Assembly (NCBI GenBank): GCA_016840855.1
Contig: JAEORO010000069.1
Span: 64,001 to 128,000, forward strand
DNA: 64,000 bases
Direction of reading: 5' to 3'
Source of the DNA: Candidatus Thorarchaeota archaeon
Lineage (GTDB): Archaea > Asgardarchaeota > Thorarchaeia > Thorarchaeales > Thorarchaeaceae
Part shown: piece by piece, positions 37,204-48,351 of the stretch
Layout of the letters: each line of letters starts with the position of its first letter
How positions within the stretch are numbered: the stretch's first letter is position 1
The notes under the pieces: model-generated
Database searches by the model: none
The model's input: only the letters and a program-made list of their open reading frames with translations
What the model was told of the DNA's origin: nothing
Program-made: the position numbers and the translations under genes

Positions 37204-40155
37204 TTGGAGGTCGTTCGATTGGAAGGACATTCTAAGATGCGAACTATCCGTAAATCCCTCTATCACCGTTTTGCAGCTCTTCTGCTTCTGAGTCTACTAT
37301 TTACACCAATCGCCATCTTTGGAACCGGTATGAATGATACTGTAGAATATCATACTGCAAACATTAAGCCAGACCTGGCTCAGGCGTTGAGCACGATGGA
37401 ATCTAGTAGTTACATCTCAGTCATTGTAGAATTTTCGGATACACTATTAGCTGACCAGATGGCGGAAAGAATACAACTTAGTGGTTTGAAAAGCGTTCAC
37501 ATAAAATACGCATTTCATCTGATTCCAATGATTTCATTATCTATCAGAGTTGATGAAATTAATGAACTTGCTAAGTTAGCTTTTATTGAAGAGATTCATT
37601 TGAACCAGAAAAGACAATTAATTGAGAACTCTGAGCCACCAGAAAATTATGTCTTGGCTGAGAACGGGAATGGATATGTTCACTTTGATTCGATTCTTTG
37701 TGCAGACCAGTTGTGGGCAGAGGGAGTCAACGGTACTGGTGTTACAATTGCAGTTCTGGATAGTGGTGTCTGGGGAGAACATCCCGATCTTCAAGACCGG
37801 TTAATTGGATTCAAGGACCTGATTAAAGGACAGGATGACATGAATCCTGTAAATGGAATTGATGCCTATGATGACAATGGACATGGGACAGCGTGTGCAT
37901 GGAATGCAGTAGGTGATGGAACAGCTAGCGGTGGCATCCTTAAGGGAATCGCACCTGGAGCTGATCTTTTAGCAATTAAAGTTCTTGATTATGCAGGCGC
38001 AGGCGAGGATGATGTTATTGCTCAAGGTATTGAGTTTGCTATAGAGCAGAATGTGGACGTCATAAGCCTCAGTCTTGGCGGAGAGTGGCTGGAAAGCACT
38101 TTCCTTGTTGAGGCATCTGTGGGTGAGATTGAGAATGCAATTTCAGCAGGAATCTCAGTAGCTGTAGCTGCTGGAAATTCAGGTCCAGCGGCGCTCACAA
38201 TAAACTCTCCCGGTGTTGCTGAGAAAGCGGTTACAGTTGGAGCTTCATATGGTGATAGTGGCGTAGTAGCATTTAGCAGTGTTGGACCAGTATTGAGGAC
38301 AGTGACAGATCCATTAGGGTACACTGCAAAACCAGATGTTGTAGCACCAGGATATCAAATAGTATCAGGAAGAGGGAACAATGTTAACCCAGACGAATAT
38401 CCAACTTATAATAGCAGTCAGTTTGGGTCAAGCTACACCCGCTGGTCTGGAACATCTGCCTCTACTCCATTGGTGGCAGGCATGATTGCACTCCTTATGC
38501 AAAAGCATTTGGCCCTTGCGCCTATTGAAGCAAAAGTAGCTCTGATGAGTTCGGCTACTGATCTTAACGTTGATCCAATGATACAAGGATGGGGATTAGC
38601 CAATGTTTCACGAGCATCTCAATTTCTCAATAGCACATCACGAGATATTACATTGATGACTCCGAGAAGCATACCAACACTCCCATGGAGTAAACAAGTG
38701 CTTATTGTAGGCGATGATCGTCCGCCTCAAAATGTGACAATTATCTCAACACAATCTGTTGGTTTAGTGGACATCACAATCTCTGGGAATGCGAGCCAAT
38801 TCCTAGATACAAATATAGACCAGATATGGGTATCAACAGGTTACTCATATTTTGGAATCGAGCTCAAACTACCTGAAAACACTCCACTTTCATCTGCAGG
38901 AGTTTACACTGGACAACTCAATCTAAATCAAAGTAGCAGCATCATCGCATCCATCGACATCAGATATTCAATCACACTTTTCGGTGGCAGATTGATGGTC
39001 GATATGGAACATCATTCTAGTGGTGTGGGTGGGGATATTGATGATCCATCTTATTATGGCTACTTCACAGAATACCTAAGAGAAAGGGGAATGGTTGTAT
39101 CAGAGTTTGGCGATGCTGAAGATCTCAGACGGAGCTATATCGACTTCAATACTATTTCGAGTGCGGATGTTTTCATGATTATGGATACAGAAACTTCATA
39201 CTATCAAAGTGAGGTGTCAGCACTGCACACATTCGTTGAAAATGGAGGAACACTCCTAGTTTTTTCAGAATTCTATAATCAGGTTACAGGAGAAGCATCC
39301 TTTGCATTTGACGACTATAATGCAATTCTTGAGCCATTTGGGATACAATGTGAGGAACGTACAATTGGGGCAGGTCTCAATAATTCGGGAATTATCTATG
39401 GAGCTGATTATGGGGGATTTGTTGAGAACGATCCTCTTATGAATGGTGTAAACAACCTCTACGTCCTTCAAGGTAGTACGCTTCATGTCAACCCTGAGGT
39501 GTCTAACGCGACAGGCTTGTTCTGGGAAGATGCTGGAAGGACACATGCAATTGTTGCTACTGCGGAGTATGGCCGCGGTCGTGTCTTTGTGATTTCAGAT
39601 GGGTCAACTTTGTACGATGATGTCTTATATGATGCAATAAACGCAGGTGCTGACAATCTACGACTTCTAAGAAACTTAGCCACTGCAATCATTCCAGAAG
39701 CCCCTAGAATCTTTGATGTCGAACTAAATGTCGGAGAGTTTGGTCAAGACGCAAATGTAACTGCGTATATTTTTGATGAGGATCTCGAAGATGTTACAAT
39801 AAGTGTGATTGGACCACGAGGAGAGAATCTCACAGGGACAATTCTTGAAGAGCTAGGCTATAAATTTTCGACCACCTTTATCTTTAATGGAGGAGGTTTC
39901 TTCTCAGTCCAAGTTAGAGCTACTGATTCATTGGGGAATGTAAGGTTTTTCCAGAAAACAATCTTGATACCTGTCGATGCAGCTGATGATCTTGTAATAT
40001 TGACAGTCATCTATGTGCTTCTTGGGGTTGTAGGAGTTGGTCTTGGGTACGTACTTCTAACAAGAATTAGGAGTCGACCAAAGCGGCCTCAACGTCCTAT
40101 TGAACCACAACGGGACGAGGATGAGTGGGAACTCCCACCACCAACTATCGAATAG
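37204..40155 (+). CDS. Secreted, C-terminally anchored S8 serine protease with C-terminal DUF4350/GATase-like domain
   Basis: VLDSG, NGHGT, AAGNSG, SGTSASTP; FVENGGTLLV and YGRGRVFVISD; C-terminal TM. Confidence 0.9.
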   Translation: MEVVRLEGHSKMRTIRKSLYHRFAALLLLSLLFTPIAIFGTGMNDTVEYHTANIKPDLAQALSTMESSSYISVIVEFSDTLLADQMAERIQLSGLKSVHIKYAFHLIPMISLSIRVDEINELAKLAFIEEIHLNQKRQLIENSEPPENYVLAENGNGYVHFDSILCADQLWAEGVNGTGVTIAVLDSGVWGEHPDLQDRLIGFKDLIKGQDDMNPVNGIDAYDDNGHGTACAWNAVGDGTASGGILKGIAPGADLLAIKVLDYAGAGEDDVIAQGIEFAIEQNVDVISLSLGGEWLESTFLVEASVGEIENAISAGISVAVAAGNSGPAALTINSPGVAEKAVTVGASYGDSGVVAFSSVGPVLRTVTDPLGYTAKPDVVAPGYQIVSGRGNNVNPDEYPTYNSSQFGSSYTRWSGTSASTPLVAGMIALLMQKHLALAPIEAKVALMSSATDLNVDPMIQGWGLANVSRASQFLNSTSRDITLMTPRSIPTLPWSKQVLIVGDDRPPQNVTIISTQSVGLVDITISGNASQFLDTNIDQIWVSTGYSYFGIELKLPENTPLSSAGVYTGQLNLNQSSSIIASIDIRYSITLFGGRLMVDMEHHSSGVGGDIDDPSYYGYFTEYLRERGMVVSEFGDAEDLRRSYIDFNTISSADVFMIMDTETSYYQSEVSALHTFVENGGTLLVFSEFYNQVTGEASFAFDDYNAILEPFGIQCEERTIGAGLNNSGIIYGADYGGFVENDPLMNGVNNLYVLQGSTLHVNPEVSNATGLFWEDAGRTHAIVATAEYGRGRVFVISDGSTLYDDVLYDAINAGADNLRLLRNLATAIIPEAPRIFDVELNVGEFGQDANVTAYIFDEDLEDVTISVIGPRGENLTGTILEELGYKFSTTFIFNGGGFFSVQVRATDSLGNVRFFQKTILIPVDAADDLVILTVIYVLLGVVGVGLGYVLLTRIRSRPKRPQRPIEPQRDEDEWELPPPTIE

Positions 40156-41425
40156 GACCAAAGGTCGATTCTAAATACTCTCGCAATCGTTCGTGTCGAG
40201 GTCTGAGAAGAGGCTTTTCATCTAGAATAGCTCCAGACTCTACTCTTTCGAGTATCTCATAACCTAGACGAGCACCCATGCGTGATGATATCACCTGACC
40301 ACCAATAAGTCGACCATCGTCAGATGTAATCAATGCCATCTTGGCAAATTCAGTAGAATCTTCCAGATAGTGGACCCTTGATGTAAGAGCCATTTGGTTT
40401 GCAGTTGTCGATGAATGCCCTATAACTGCAATATCTGTATCAAAGATTCTATCATACTGGAAACGTCTTAAGATGTCACTATACAATTTGGTACCACCAG
40501 CTGCAATGACTCCAGCTTGGCGACCAGCTCGTGCTGCAACACTACCAATTGGGAGGAGGAGCGGCTTTCCAGTTAGGGAGTCTTTCATCTCCACGCAATC
40601 ACCGACTGCAAATACATCATTGGCAGAAGTCTTCATGGTTGCATCTACAACGATTCCACCAAGCTGCCCAATCGATATACCTAGTTTTTCTGCAATCTCA
40701 GTGTTTGGTCGTACACCAGTCATAAAGAGAACTGCATCGCATGTAATTGTATCATCACCCAAAACAAGTCCTTCAACACGCTTTTTCCCAATGACAGAGG
40801 CAGGTGATTTCCCAAGGTGAATGTTAAGATCATCTGGAAGTCTTGACTGAAGTTCGACACTCATAGGTTCTTCCAATTGTTTTCTCATTAAACGAGAACG
40901 TATGATGAGATGAACGCTCTTGTCAAGTGAATGAAGTCTCTCAGCAGTTTCAAGACCACTAAAACCAGCTCCTACGACTGCAACAGAATTCATCCCTGAT
41001 AATTGTTGACCAATTTTACTTGTATCAGCCATCGTCTGTATTGTAAAGACTCCTGGTAGAGTTTTGCCTTGAATATCAGGTACAGCAGGAGCGCCTCCGG
41101 TAGCAATGATGAGACGATCATATTTGAGAGTGCTTGTCCCTTTAGGGCCATTAATCTGAATTTGTCTAGACTTAGTATCTCCATCGGTTACATGAGTGCC
41201 TGTCATTATGGAAATGCGCTTCTTGGACAGTGCGGCAAAAGACCAATCTTCAATTCCGAGATCTGAAGTATCAGGAAACTCAATCGCCATAGAAGCTCCA
41301 GGTTTCTTATGAGATTCCAATGTTTCTTCTGTGATAATAGTGATTTCAGACTTGGCATTGAACATCCGAGCAGCTACCGCTGCTGCGGCACCACCGGGGC
41401 CATAACCAATGATTAAGATTTTCAA
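40145..41425 (-). CDS. FAD-dependent pyridine nucleotide oxidoreductase (NADH oxidase/rubredoxin reductase-like)
   Basis: GYGPGG, ATGG, VGAGFSGLE, TS..DVFAVGDC. Confidence 0.85.
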   Translation of the reverse strand: MKILIIGYGPGGAAAAVAARMFNAKSEITIITEETLESHKKPGASMAIEFPDTSDLGIEDWSFAALSKKRISIMTGTHVTDGDTKSRQIQINGPKGTSTLKYDRLIIATGGAPAVPDIQGKTLPGVFTIQTMADTSKIGQQLSGMNSVAVVGAGFSGLETAERLHSLDKSVHLIIRSRLMRKQLEEPMSVELQSRLPDDLNIHLGKSPASVIGKKRVEGLVLGDDTITCDAVLFMTGVRPNTEIAEKLGISIGQLGGIVVDATMKTSANDVFAVGDCVEMKDSLTGKPLLLPIGSVAARAGRQAGVIAAGGTKLYSDILRRFQYDRIFDTDIAVIGHSSTTANQMALTSRVHYLEDSTEFAKMALITSDDGRLIGGQVISSRMGARLGYEILERVESGAILDEKPLLRPRHERLREYLESTFGPIR

Positions 41426-44400
41426 CCTGCCTCACCTCTTCGTCGTCGCATTATGATCAGAAATACACAACCCGTAATAACAATTGCAGCTCCAATTATT
41501 ATCGCAGTGTAGTCCTGTACAATCGTAAGAGTTGCGAAATTCAACTCGGTTCCAGGTACTGCTTGCCCTATAGCGATTGCAAATACTTCATGATTACCAA
41601 GTTGGAAATAAGAAGGAGTTATATCGAATTCATAGATCCCAGTACTACTTGTAAGAGTGAAATTGAGCCATGGCCCAGCTTCGGAATGAAATGCAACATA
41701 AACCCTTGATGCAAGATTATATCCTGCCAGGACCAACTCACCAGATATTAAATCGTTCATTAAGAATCCAACTCTTATGACAGTACGATCAAGGATAGCA
41801 CTTGTAAAAGCTAACTGTGGACCAATTTGTGTAGAGAGTAGAATCAGTGGCAAGTAGAGAACATAGCTTTCAGAGGTTATGTTAAAAGATATGCTGTTTA
41901 AAGACGAAGTGCCAATCAGTTCTTCCGGAACTGTGACTATGAATTCGCTTTCACCAACCACTGATGAAGAGTTCAAATTCTCAAGAGGCCCATTTACGAT
42001 ACTCCATGCAGTTGTCTGAAGGTTCTTTGGTGTGTCACGATCATTAGTAAAGACATGAAGCCTCATCGAACCATCATTAAACTCCAGCCAAAGATTCTTC
42101 ATAACTGGGAGTAATGTATCCGTGAGAGTTCCGGTTCCAGACACATCAACATTCGACATTGTTGAATTATGCGTTCTCACTGATATGATACCGCGGGTTC
42201 CAAGATTGATGCCATCAATTCTGAGAATCACCGACGTATAATCGGTCCACCAGTCTGCGACTAATGAAGATGATATATAGGCAGTTCCATTCCAATCATA
42301 GACCTTTGCAGACCCTCCAGTCACATTGACCACAATATCGGCACCATTGATTCCTGTACCTGCATTTGAATCTGTATCCCAATTTATAGATAGAATATTC
42401 GTCCCCTGGAAATCAGGAGTATCTCTCATTGCAATTGCAAACGCAAGTGAATCGTTATCCAGGAAGGATTTGACAGAAGTGATGTCAAGACCTCCAGGTA
42501 CTGAAAGATCAATTGAATCTACAAAGAGTTCATCTACACCAAACCAATCGGAGTACGTTGCATTGTCGACACCAGGTGAGGCAAGAACTTGAGTTACAGA
42601 CCACAGTGCATCAACAAGCCCGTGTCCCCATGATGTCGATGCATATTCATAGTGGTTTGTTTTTCCTCCGGCACCATTGACCAGTACAGAATAATCCAAC
42701 CACGCAGAGTTCTGTCCTGATGCCTGACGAATGAGAGCTAAAACTCCTGCAACGTGGGGTGATGCCATACTGGTCCCATCTTTTGAGGTCCATAAGTCAT
42801 ACGCCGATGTGCTAGCTGCTATTATGTTGTCCCCAGGAGCGGCAACGGCTGGTTTTGGAGACCCATCGACTCTAGGACCTCTGCTGGATTCAACCATAAT
42901 GTTTGAACTTCCTTCGCTGTATGCGGCGACCGCCACAGCGAAATCAGCTGTGGCAGGAGAGCTGATGGTTCTTTCCGAATCAAGAGAGGTTTGGAATGTT
43001 AATTGGGTAGTTTCCCATCGTCCGTCCCATGCAAACGCATCAACCCATATGAGTTCACCAGAATCATTTGTGACTGTGACATTCCAAACGCCATTTGTCC
43101 ACAGATGGTCTTCTGCAGAAACTTGGATTATCACATTATTTATTCCACGAATACTGACATCAGCGAAGATATAGGCGCGTAGATTGCTATCTTCATGTTC
43201 CCAAGATTGTCCAACTATAGACGAGAAGGCTCCAAGATCGATTGGATCACCTGAAGGTGGCGTTAGAATGACATGCTCATCGTTATCTGAAGAATGCCAT
43301 AATAGGCTTAGAAATGGAACCCGTGAAATCATCACATCATCCACATTCATCAAAGCAGAGCCTGAAGTCCCAAGAACGGATGAGAATCGAGCATGTTTGT
43401 TCTTATTACCAAGATTCCCAGCAGCAGCAGTAGTTAATAACCCATGGCGTAAGAAAGCCTCTGAAACAGCAAGGTCTTCAACATCAGTCCCATCTAAGAA
43501 TCCGAGATAAGAAGAAAATGACATGTTGATAATATCCGCATCATTTTCAATTGCAAAAGATATGCCATCTAAAATGTCAGCAGATAAGAGCTGACTCTTG
43601 ATGATTATCAGATCAGCTCCAGGAGCAACACCAACAAATGATGTCATCCCAATTTGACCTCCCGCAATAGTAGAAGCTACGTGAGTTCCATGACCGTATT
43701 CATCACCAATAGATACTGCTTGAGTTAGGTTAACACCCCTTACATACACATCTGAATTTGCTTGATCATATAGAATTGCTACCTTGGATTCATTTAGAAG
43801 AATAGCATTCTCGACACCCAGGGTAATAACATTATCATCATTTGCGTCAATACCACCAATCCAACGGTCTCCAGACGCATAACTGAAGCCAGGAGAGCTA
43901 TCGACATTAATGTACATGTAATCAGATGAATAACTAAAATCTGGACCAACAGATGAGTCAAAAAATGCTCTAATTGGCCCTTCGTTGAGATCGGGGTTAG
44001 AATTGTTGTTAAGATCTAAGTAGTAGTCTGATCCACTTTTAATGGTTTGATATTCGTGAGAAGAGCCACGCCAGAAACTAGGATGTGTCCAAAGAGCACC
44101 CGTATCAAGAACAGCAATAGTGACCCCAGAACCATCGACAGATCCCCCATCCTTGTGCAGATTGATCCAAACGGCATCAGCATGAATAGCTGGCACAGAG
44201 GAGCTTATGGATGGCGTGTATTGTTTCGTGCCAGAGGTAGCTCGTATCAAGCCAAGTTCTGATAATTTTGTTAAGGAGTTGATATCATATACATATGCAG
44301 AATAAATACGGCCAACACTGATAATTGTTGAATCTCTCCTGGCGAAACAGATGCCTAAACTCTCAGCGTATAGGATTTCTGCATTGGTCAAAGTGGCAGT

Positions 44401-44616
44401 AAATTCAAGGAGAGCACGCGCACCGGAAGTTGATGAATGAACCTCCATTTTTAGACGTGACTCGATTAATGGTTCTTGAGTACTATTAACAGAGTTAACC
44501 TCGAATCGTGTTGCTATGGATGTAGGCGCAAGGAAAAATGGCAATAGCAGGATTATCAGAATGATGTATCTTTGGTACATTGGAGTCCCTCTGTGGCGGG
44601 TTGATGACCGTCTCAT
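41422..44616 (-). CDS. Secreted, C-terminally anchored S8 serine protease with large insertions
   Basis: VLDTG, GHGTHVAST, AAGNLG, DGTSMASPHVAG; C-terminal TM plus RRRR; start probably MYQRY. Confidence 0.9.
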   Translation of the reverse strand: MRRSSTRHRGTPMYQRYIILIILLLPFFLAPTSIATRFEVNSVNSTQEPLIESRLKMEVHSSTSGARALLEFTATLTNAEILYAESLGICFARRDSTIISVGRIYSAYVYDINSLTKLSELGLIRATSGTKQYTPSISSSVPAIHADAVWINLHKDGGSVDGSGVTIAVLDTGALWTHPSFWRGSSHEYQTIKSGSDYYLDLNNNSNPDLNEGPIRAFFDSSVGPDFSYSSDYMYINVDSSPGFSYASGDRWIGGIDANDDNVITLGVENAILLNESKVAILYDQANSDVYVRGVNLTQAVSIGDEYGHGTHVASTIAGGQIGMTSFVGVAPGADLIIIKSQLLSADILDGISFAIENDADIINMSFSSYLGFLDGTDVEDLAVSEAFLRHGLLTTAAAGNLGNKNKHARFSSVLGTSGSALMNVDDVMISRVPFLSLLWHSSDNDEHVILTPPSGDPIDLGAFSSIVGQSWEHEDSNLRAYIFADVSIRGINNVIIQVSAEDHLWTNGVWNVTVTNDSGELIWVDAFAWDGRWETTQLTFQTSLDSERTISSPATADFAVAVAAYSEGSSNIMVESSRGPRVDGSPKPAVAAPGDNIIAASTSAYDLWTSKDGTSMASPHVAGVLALIRQASGQNSAWLDYSVLVNGAGGKTNHYEYASTSWGHGLVDALWSVTQVLASPGVDNATYSDWFGVDELFVDSIDLSVPGGLDITSVKSFLDNDSLAFAIAMRDTPDFQGTNILSINWDTDSNAGTGINGADIVVNVTGGSAKVYDWNGTAYISSSLVADWWTDYTSVILRIDGINLGTRGIISVRTHNSTMSNVDVSGTGTLTDTLLPVMKNLWLEFNDGSMRLHVFTNDRDTPKNLQTTAWSIVNGPLENLNSSSVVGESEFIVTVPEELIGTSSLNSISFNITSESYVLYLPLILLSTQIGPQLAFTSAILDRTVIRVGFLMNDLISGELVLAGYNLASRVYVAFHSEAGPWLNFTLTSSTGIYEFDITPSYFQLGNHEVFAIAIGQAVPGTELNFATLTIVQDYTAIIIGAAIVITGCVFLIIMRRRRGEAG

Positions 44617-44887
44617 GGCCGCACTGATATGCTTTTGTGTTGAGTCGCATTTGTTATTACTTTAATGATTATTCGTTCTTAGCGACCCCTTTGTAACTAT
44701 AGATGTTTTCGCGTCAATTCAAACATATCTATTGCAGACAGATCTAATGCGAATCTGGAGTTAGACAGAAGATAGTCAATTGTAGGGTAGTTTTTCTAAT
44801 ATTCAAAGTCGGATTAAGATAAACGGAAGGCATTGATAGGTCTTATAACCAAATGTGAGGAACCGCAGAAGGCATGGAGTATATCAA

Positions 44888-46552
44888 ATGACATCTCCAA
44901 AAGAGATTCTCAAAATCCTTACAAAAGGAGAGAATCGAATCACAGAGTTCAAGAGAAAACTCACTCGGTCTGATTTGAAGACAGAAAGACGGCAGAAGCT
45001 AGTCGCACGAATTCGCTACATGACCTATGAAAGTCCATTTGAGGGGCTTTTCCTTGTTGGAATCGAAGATATTGGTGGAAAAGAGTGGAAAGTGCATGGA
45101 ATATCTGAGAATTCCTTGAAAACTTCAGAACGTGTACTTGCAGAATTGTGTGAAGAAGCAGGAGTAGAGATTGTCGAAGAGGAACGTATTGAAACTCCAC
45201 AAGGGCTGGTTGGAACATATCTCCTGAAAAGATTAGCTACTCCTGAAATCAAAGAGACCTGCTCAATAAATGTTGCAGGGAGAGTTAATTCGGGGAAATC
45301 AAGTCTCATTGGAGCTCTCGTGACAGGACGTCCGGATGATGGAAGTGGCAGTGCAAGATCTTTTCTACTAACACACCCCCAGGAAATTACAAGGGGACAA
45401 ACTGCGGACATTCATCTAGCATTCATGGGTTTTGATGAAAAAGGCAATAGCATATACCCTGAGAATCCGTTAAACAAACAAGATTCAGCCAGAGTTCTAG
45501 ACCAATCTGTTAAGATTATCACCTTTTTTGATGCCCCGGGTCACAGAGAATACAGTAAAACAATGATTAGGTCTATACTTGGTGCAGACGCACAATATGG
45601 ACTCGTGTTAATACCAGGTCCCGAAGAAGCATACCTTATTGGTCAAGAGGAAAAGAACTATGGAGTTCCAAGACTTGATGAAATAACTAGAGAACATATG
45701 ATCCTAATGGCAAATCAACACGCTCCATTCATCATCATGATATCGAAGATTGACAAGACAAGCCCTCAGGACCTTGAATTAGTTATGAATGTTGTACGAA
45801 CTAGTTTGAAAGAAGTTGGTCGAATCCCAGTTCTTGTTCGTACAAGTGACGAAATACCCCCTGTAGTGGGGGAGCTCAAATATCAGGTGATAGTTCCAAT
45901 ATTTCTGACCTCAGCACTAGACCCAGAGTCACTAAACCTAGTCACACATCTTCTAAGATTACTTCCTGCAAATTCAAACCATATAGCTTTAACCGACCCT
46001 GCTCGTGCATATGTGGATAAAGTATATCGAGGCATTAAGGGAACCAATGTTGTGGTCACAGGAACTATAAAATCAGGTGTATTCAAGAAAGGACAAACTT
46101 TGAAGATAGGACCCGATAGTGGAAATACGTTTCAAGAGGGGAGATTGTTTAGTATTGAAATGTTCAAGAAACGAATTAGGGCTGTTAAAGCGGGAGACCT
46201 CTTTGGCTTTGATATTAAAGATGTAGATAAACATCTGGTTCGGAGAGGACAAATGATTACAGATCCTGATTTGAACCCAGAAAGCTGTAAGACTTTTGAA
46301 GCGAATATTGTAGTCACTCGTCATCCAACAAGAATTTCTGTTGGGTATTCACCTGTTCTTCAGGCTCATACAATTCAACAAACAGTTATCCTAAGGAAAA
46401 TATATGATGCTGAATATTTGTGTGTTGGAGATTTTGCTCGAGTCAGGTTGGAGTTTATGACTTCGCCCGAGGCGTTAAGTGAAGGGGATAAGATTGTTCT
46501 GAGAGAGGCTAACACTCGAGCTATAGGAACTGTAACAAAGAAAATCAGGTAA
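44888..46552 (+). CDS. GTPBP1/GTPBP2-like translational GTPase
   Basis: N-terminal EFKRKL domain; GRVNSGKS, DDGSGSAR..L..HPQEITRGQT, DAPGHREY, SKID; EF-Tu-like domains II/III. Confidence 0.88.
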   Translation: MTSPKEILKILTKGENRITEFKRKLTRSDLKTERRQKLVARIRYMTYESPFEGLFLVGIEDIGGKEWKVHGISENSLKTSERVLAELCEEAGVEIVEEERIETPQGLVGTYLLKRLATPEIKETCSINVAGRVNSGKSSLIGALVTGRPDDGSGSARSFLLTHPQEITRGQTADIHLAFMGFDEKGNSIYPENPLNKQDSARVLDQSVKIITFFDAPGHREYSKTMIRSILGADAQYGLVLIPGPEEAYLIGQEEKNYGVPRLDEITREHMILMANQHAPFIIMISKIDKTSPQDLELVMNVVRTSLKEVGRIPVLVRTSDEIPPVVGELKYQVIVPIFLTSALDPESLNLVTHLLRLLPANSNHIALTDPARAYVDKVYRGIKGTNVVVTGTIKSGVFKKGQTLKIGPDSGNTFQEGRLFSIEMFKKRIRAVKAGDLFGFDIKDVDKHLVRRGQMITDPDLNPESCKTFEANIVVTRHPTRISVGYSPVLQAHTIQQTVILRKIYDAEYLCVGDFARVRLEFMTSPEALSEGDKIVLREANTRAIGTVTKKIR

Positions 46553-48239
46553 ACATTTGCGCTGAAATCGTGAATCCATCATCTGGAAAAAGTGCTTCAC
46601 TTCTTAGAATATTCCTCTCCGAGGTAATAGAATGAACAGGCCAGATAGAGATGTTTTCCTTTGCTGCAGAGTCAAGAAGAGCAGATCTCCAAGTTGCTGG
46701 CGCTGAAACAATGGCAACAGAATCTGTACTTGTTCGGAAGACTGTTGATTCAATACTGTTTTGCTTTACAACGGATTGTACAACATCTGCACTTCCTCGA
46801 AGGATAAAATCGCTTTCCATTCCGATATGATTGAAAGACGGCAAGAATATGATTTTTCCTTTTGCAAATAAGCTATCTACAACTTGGGGGGATCCAATCA
46901 TTGTATTGGTGATGACATCAGTTTGACCAAGTATCAGACGGTCAAGAACAGCTTTTTCGTTAGCCATGAGAGGAGAATCAGAAAATAAGATTGATGATTC
47001 GAAAGTACCTGCAAATTCAGTTCGCACACCTAGTATTGCCAGAGCTCTATGGAGTATATTTTTTCCATGAGAAACCAGTCCACCAGAGGAAGGATAAACA
47101 TCTTCAAAATTCAACCAATATTCTATCGCTGACACTGGTAGCCCATTTCCAGGTCTTATACTCAGTGAATTCACTTTCGAGCCTTCAATAAATGATACAG
47201 TTGCCCAATCCGCCTTTGTTGGCTTTTCAAAGAATAACGATATTTGTAAATCAAGTGGAGTGGGATCACAGATGACTCTTGGCGCTAGGTGAATCGATTC
47301 AAAATGGTCCCGTTTCAAATCTATTTTCCGTGGTTTTGAAAGGTTCTGACAGAATCGACGTATAATATGATATTCCTCAGTTCCAATTGTGACATTTACA
47401 CTGTCATGAATAATCCTGATTGCAGATTTCCAATCATATTTTTGAGAATGCAAGGAGGGAGTCTGTTGAATAAGGGAATACAATCTAGTAAACCCGGCAC
47501 TGGTATAACAATCAACATGCTTGATCATGTGGTTCACTATTGACAACCATTCTGTGTTCTTACTGAACTTTGACCAGATTTCGTGGAATGCCTTTCTTTC
47601 AGGCTCCTTTAATAGAGCTAAAGCAATAGCGTTACCAACTAAAGAGGCAATCTGAGATTTGGATTTCTCAGAATCAAGATGTGTTAGAAAAGCTGTTCTG
47701 ATAATCAATCCTTCAGTCCACTTCGCCTTTAATGCTGATTCTTCAAAGAGATATTCACCACTATCAGATATCTGAAGTCCAAAGCTTTGCTTGAATTCGT
47801 CTGAGCTTGTTCTAGTGACAAAGATATCGGGAAAAATGGGAGGTGTTGAGTTTAATACGCGGGCAACTTTTCGTAGTGCTTTAGCTAGCGAGTCCCTAAG
47901 TTCTTGAGTGGCTTCAATACGTAGTTCCTCAGGAGTGAGCTCTCTAGGTTTCTCATACTTTGCTATAAGTTTTGAAGTCGCACGAATTTTGTTGTACATT
48001 GATACTTCTACATTTTCCCCAACGAGCATCATTCCGACGGAGTTGAAGAAATAGATACGCACTCTGTCAAGTGAGATAACGGATACAAGGAATGCAATTC
48101 CCTTTAGTTGCCGGAAGTGCTTTCGCATAACAGATGCTTTCACACGAAGAACTTCTACAGCCATAGCGCCAGTTTCCTTGAATTGTTTCTCACCAAAAGT
48201 AGCTATCTCTTTTGGGACTTCCCTGATGCTTTTTGACAA
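46545..48239 (-). CDS. Hypothetical protein
   Basis: 564-aa ORF with GAGGAG SD before TTG; no motif recognised. Confidence 0.75.
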   Translation of the reverse strand: MSKSIREVPKEIATFGEKQFKETGAMAVEVLRVKASVMRKHFRQLKGIAFLVSVISLDRVRIYFFNSVGMMLVGENVEVSMYNKIRATSKLIAKYEKPRELTPEELRIEATQELRDSLAKALRKVARVLNSTPPIFPDIFVTRTSSDEFKQSFGLQISDSGEYLFEESALKAKWTEGLIIRTAFLTHLDSEKSKSQIASLVGNAIALALLKEPERKAFHEIWSKFSKNTEWLSIVNHMIKHVDCYTSAGFTRLYSLIQQTPSLHSQKYDWKSAIRIIHDSVNVTIGTEEYHIIRRFCQNLSKPRKIDLKRDHFESIHLAPRVICDPTPLDLQISLFFEKPTKADWATVSFIEGSKVNSLSIRPGNGLPVSAIEYWLNFEDVYPSSGGLVSHGKNILHRALAILGVRTEFAGTFESSILFSDSPLMANEKAVLDRLILGQTDVITNTMIGSPQVVDSLFAKGKIIFLPSFNHIGMESDFILRGSADVVQSVVKQNSIESTVFRTSTDSVAIVSAPATWRSALLDSAAKENISIWPVHSITSERNILRSEALFPDDGFTISAQMFT

Positions 48240-48351
48240 AACTGATTCTCCTCACTAGTGAAAAGGAAAGACCATTCCTGATAAAGATAAGTAAATTCTG
48301 CTCATTGCGACATCCTTAATTTGATTAATTTTTACCAAATTCTGATTTAGA

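Noticed and set aside
44888-45240. N-terminal AlbA/Schlafen-like domain as a novel fusion
   Set aside because: An equivalent N-terminal E(Y/F)K domain is a normal part of GTPBP1/2-family proteins
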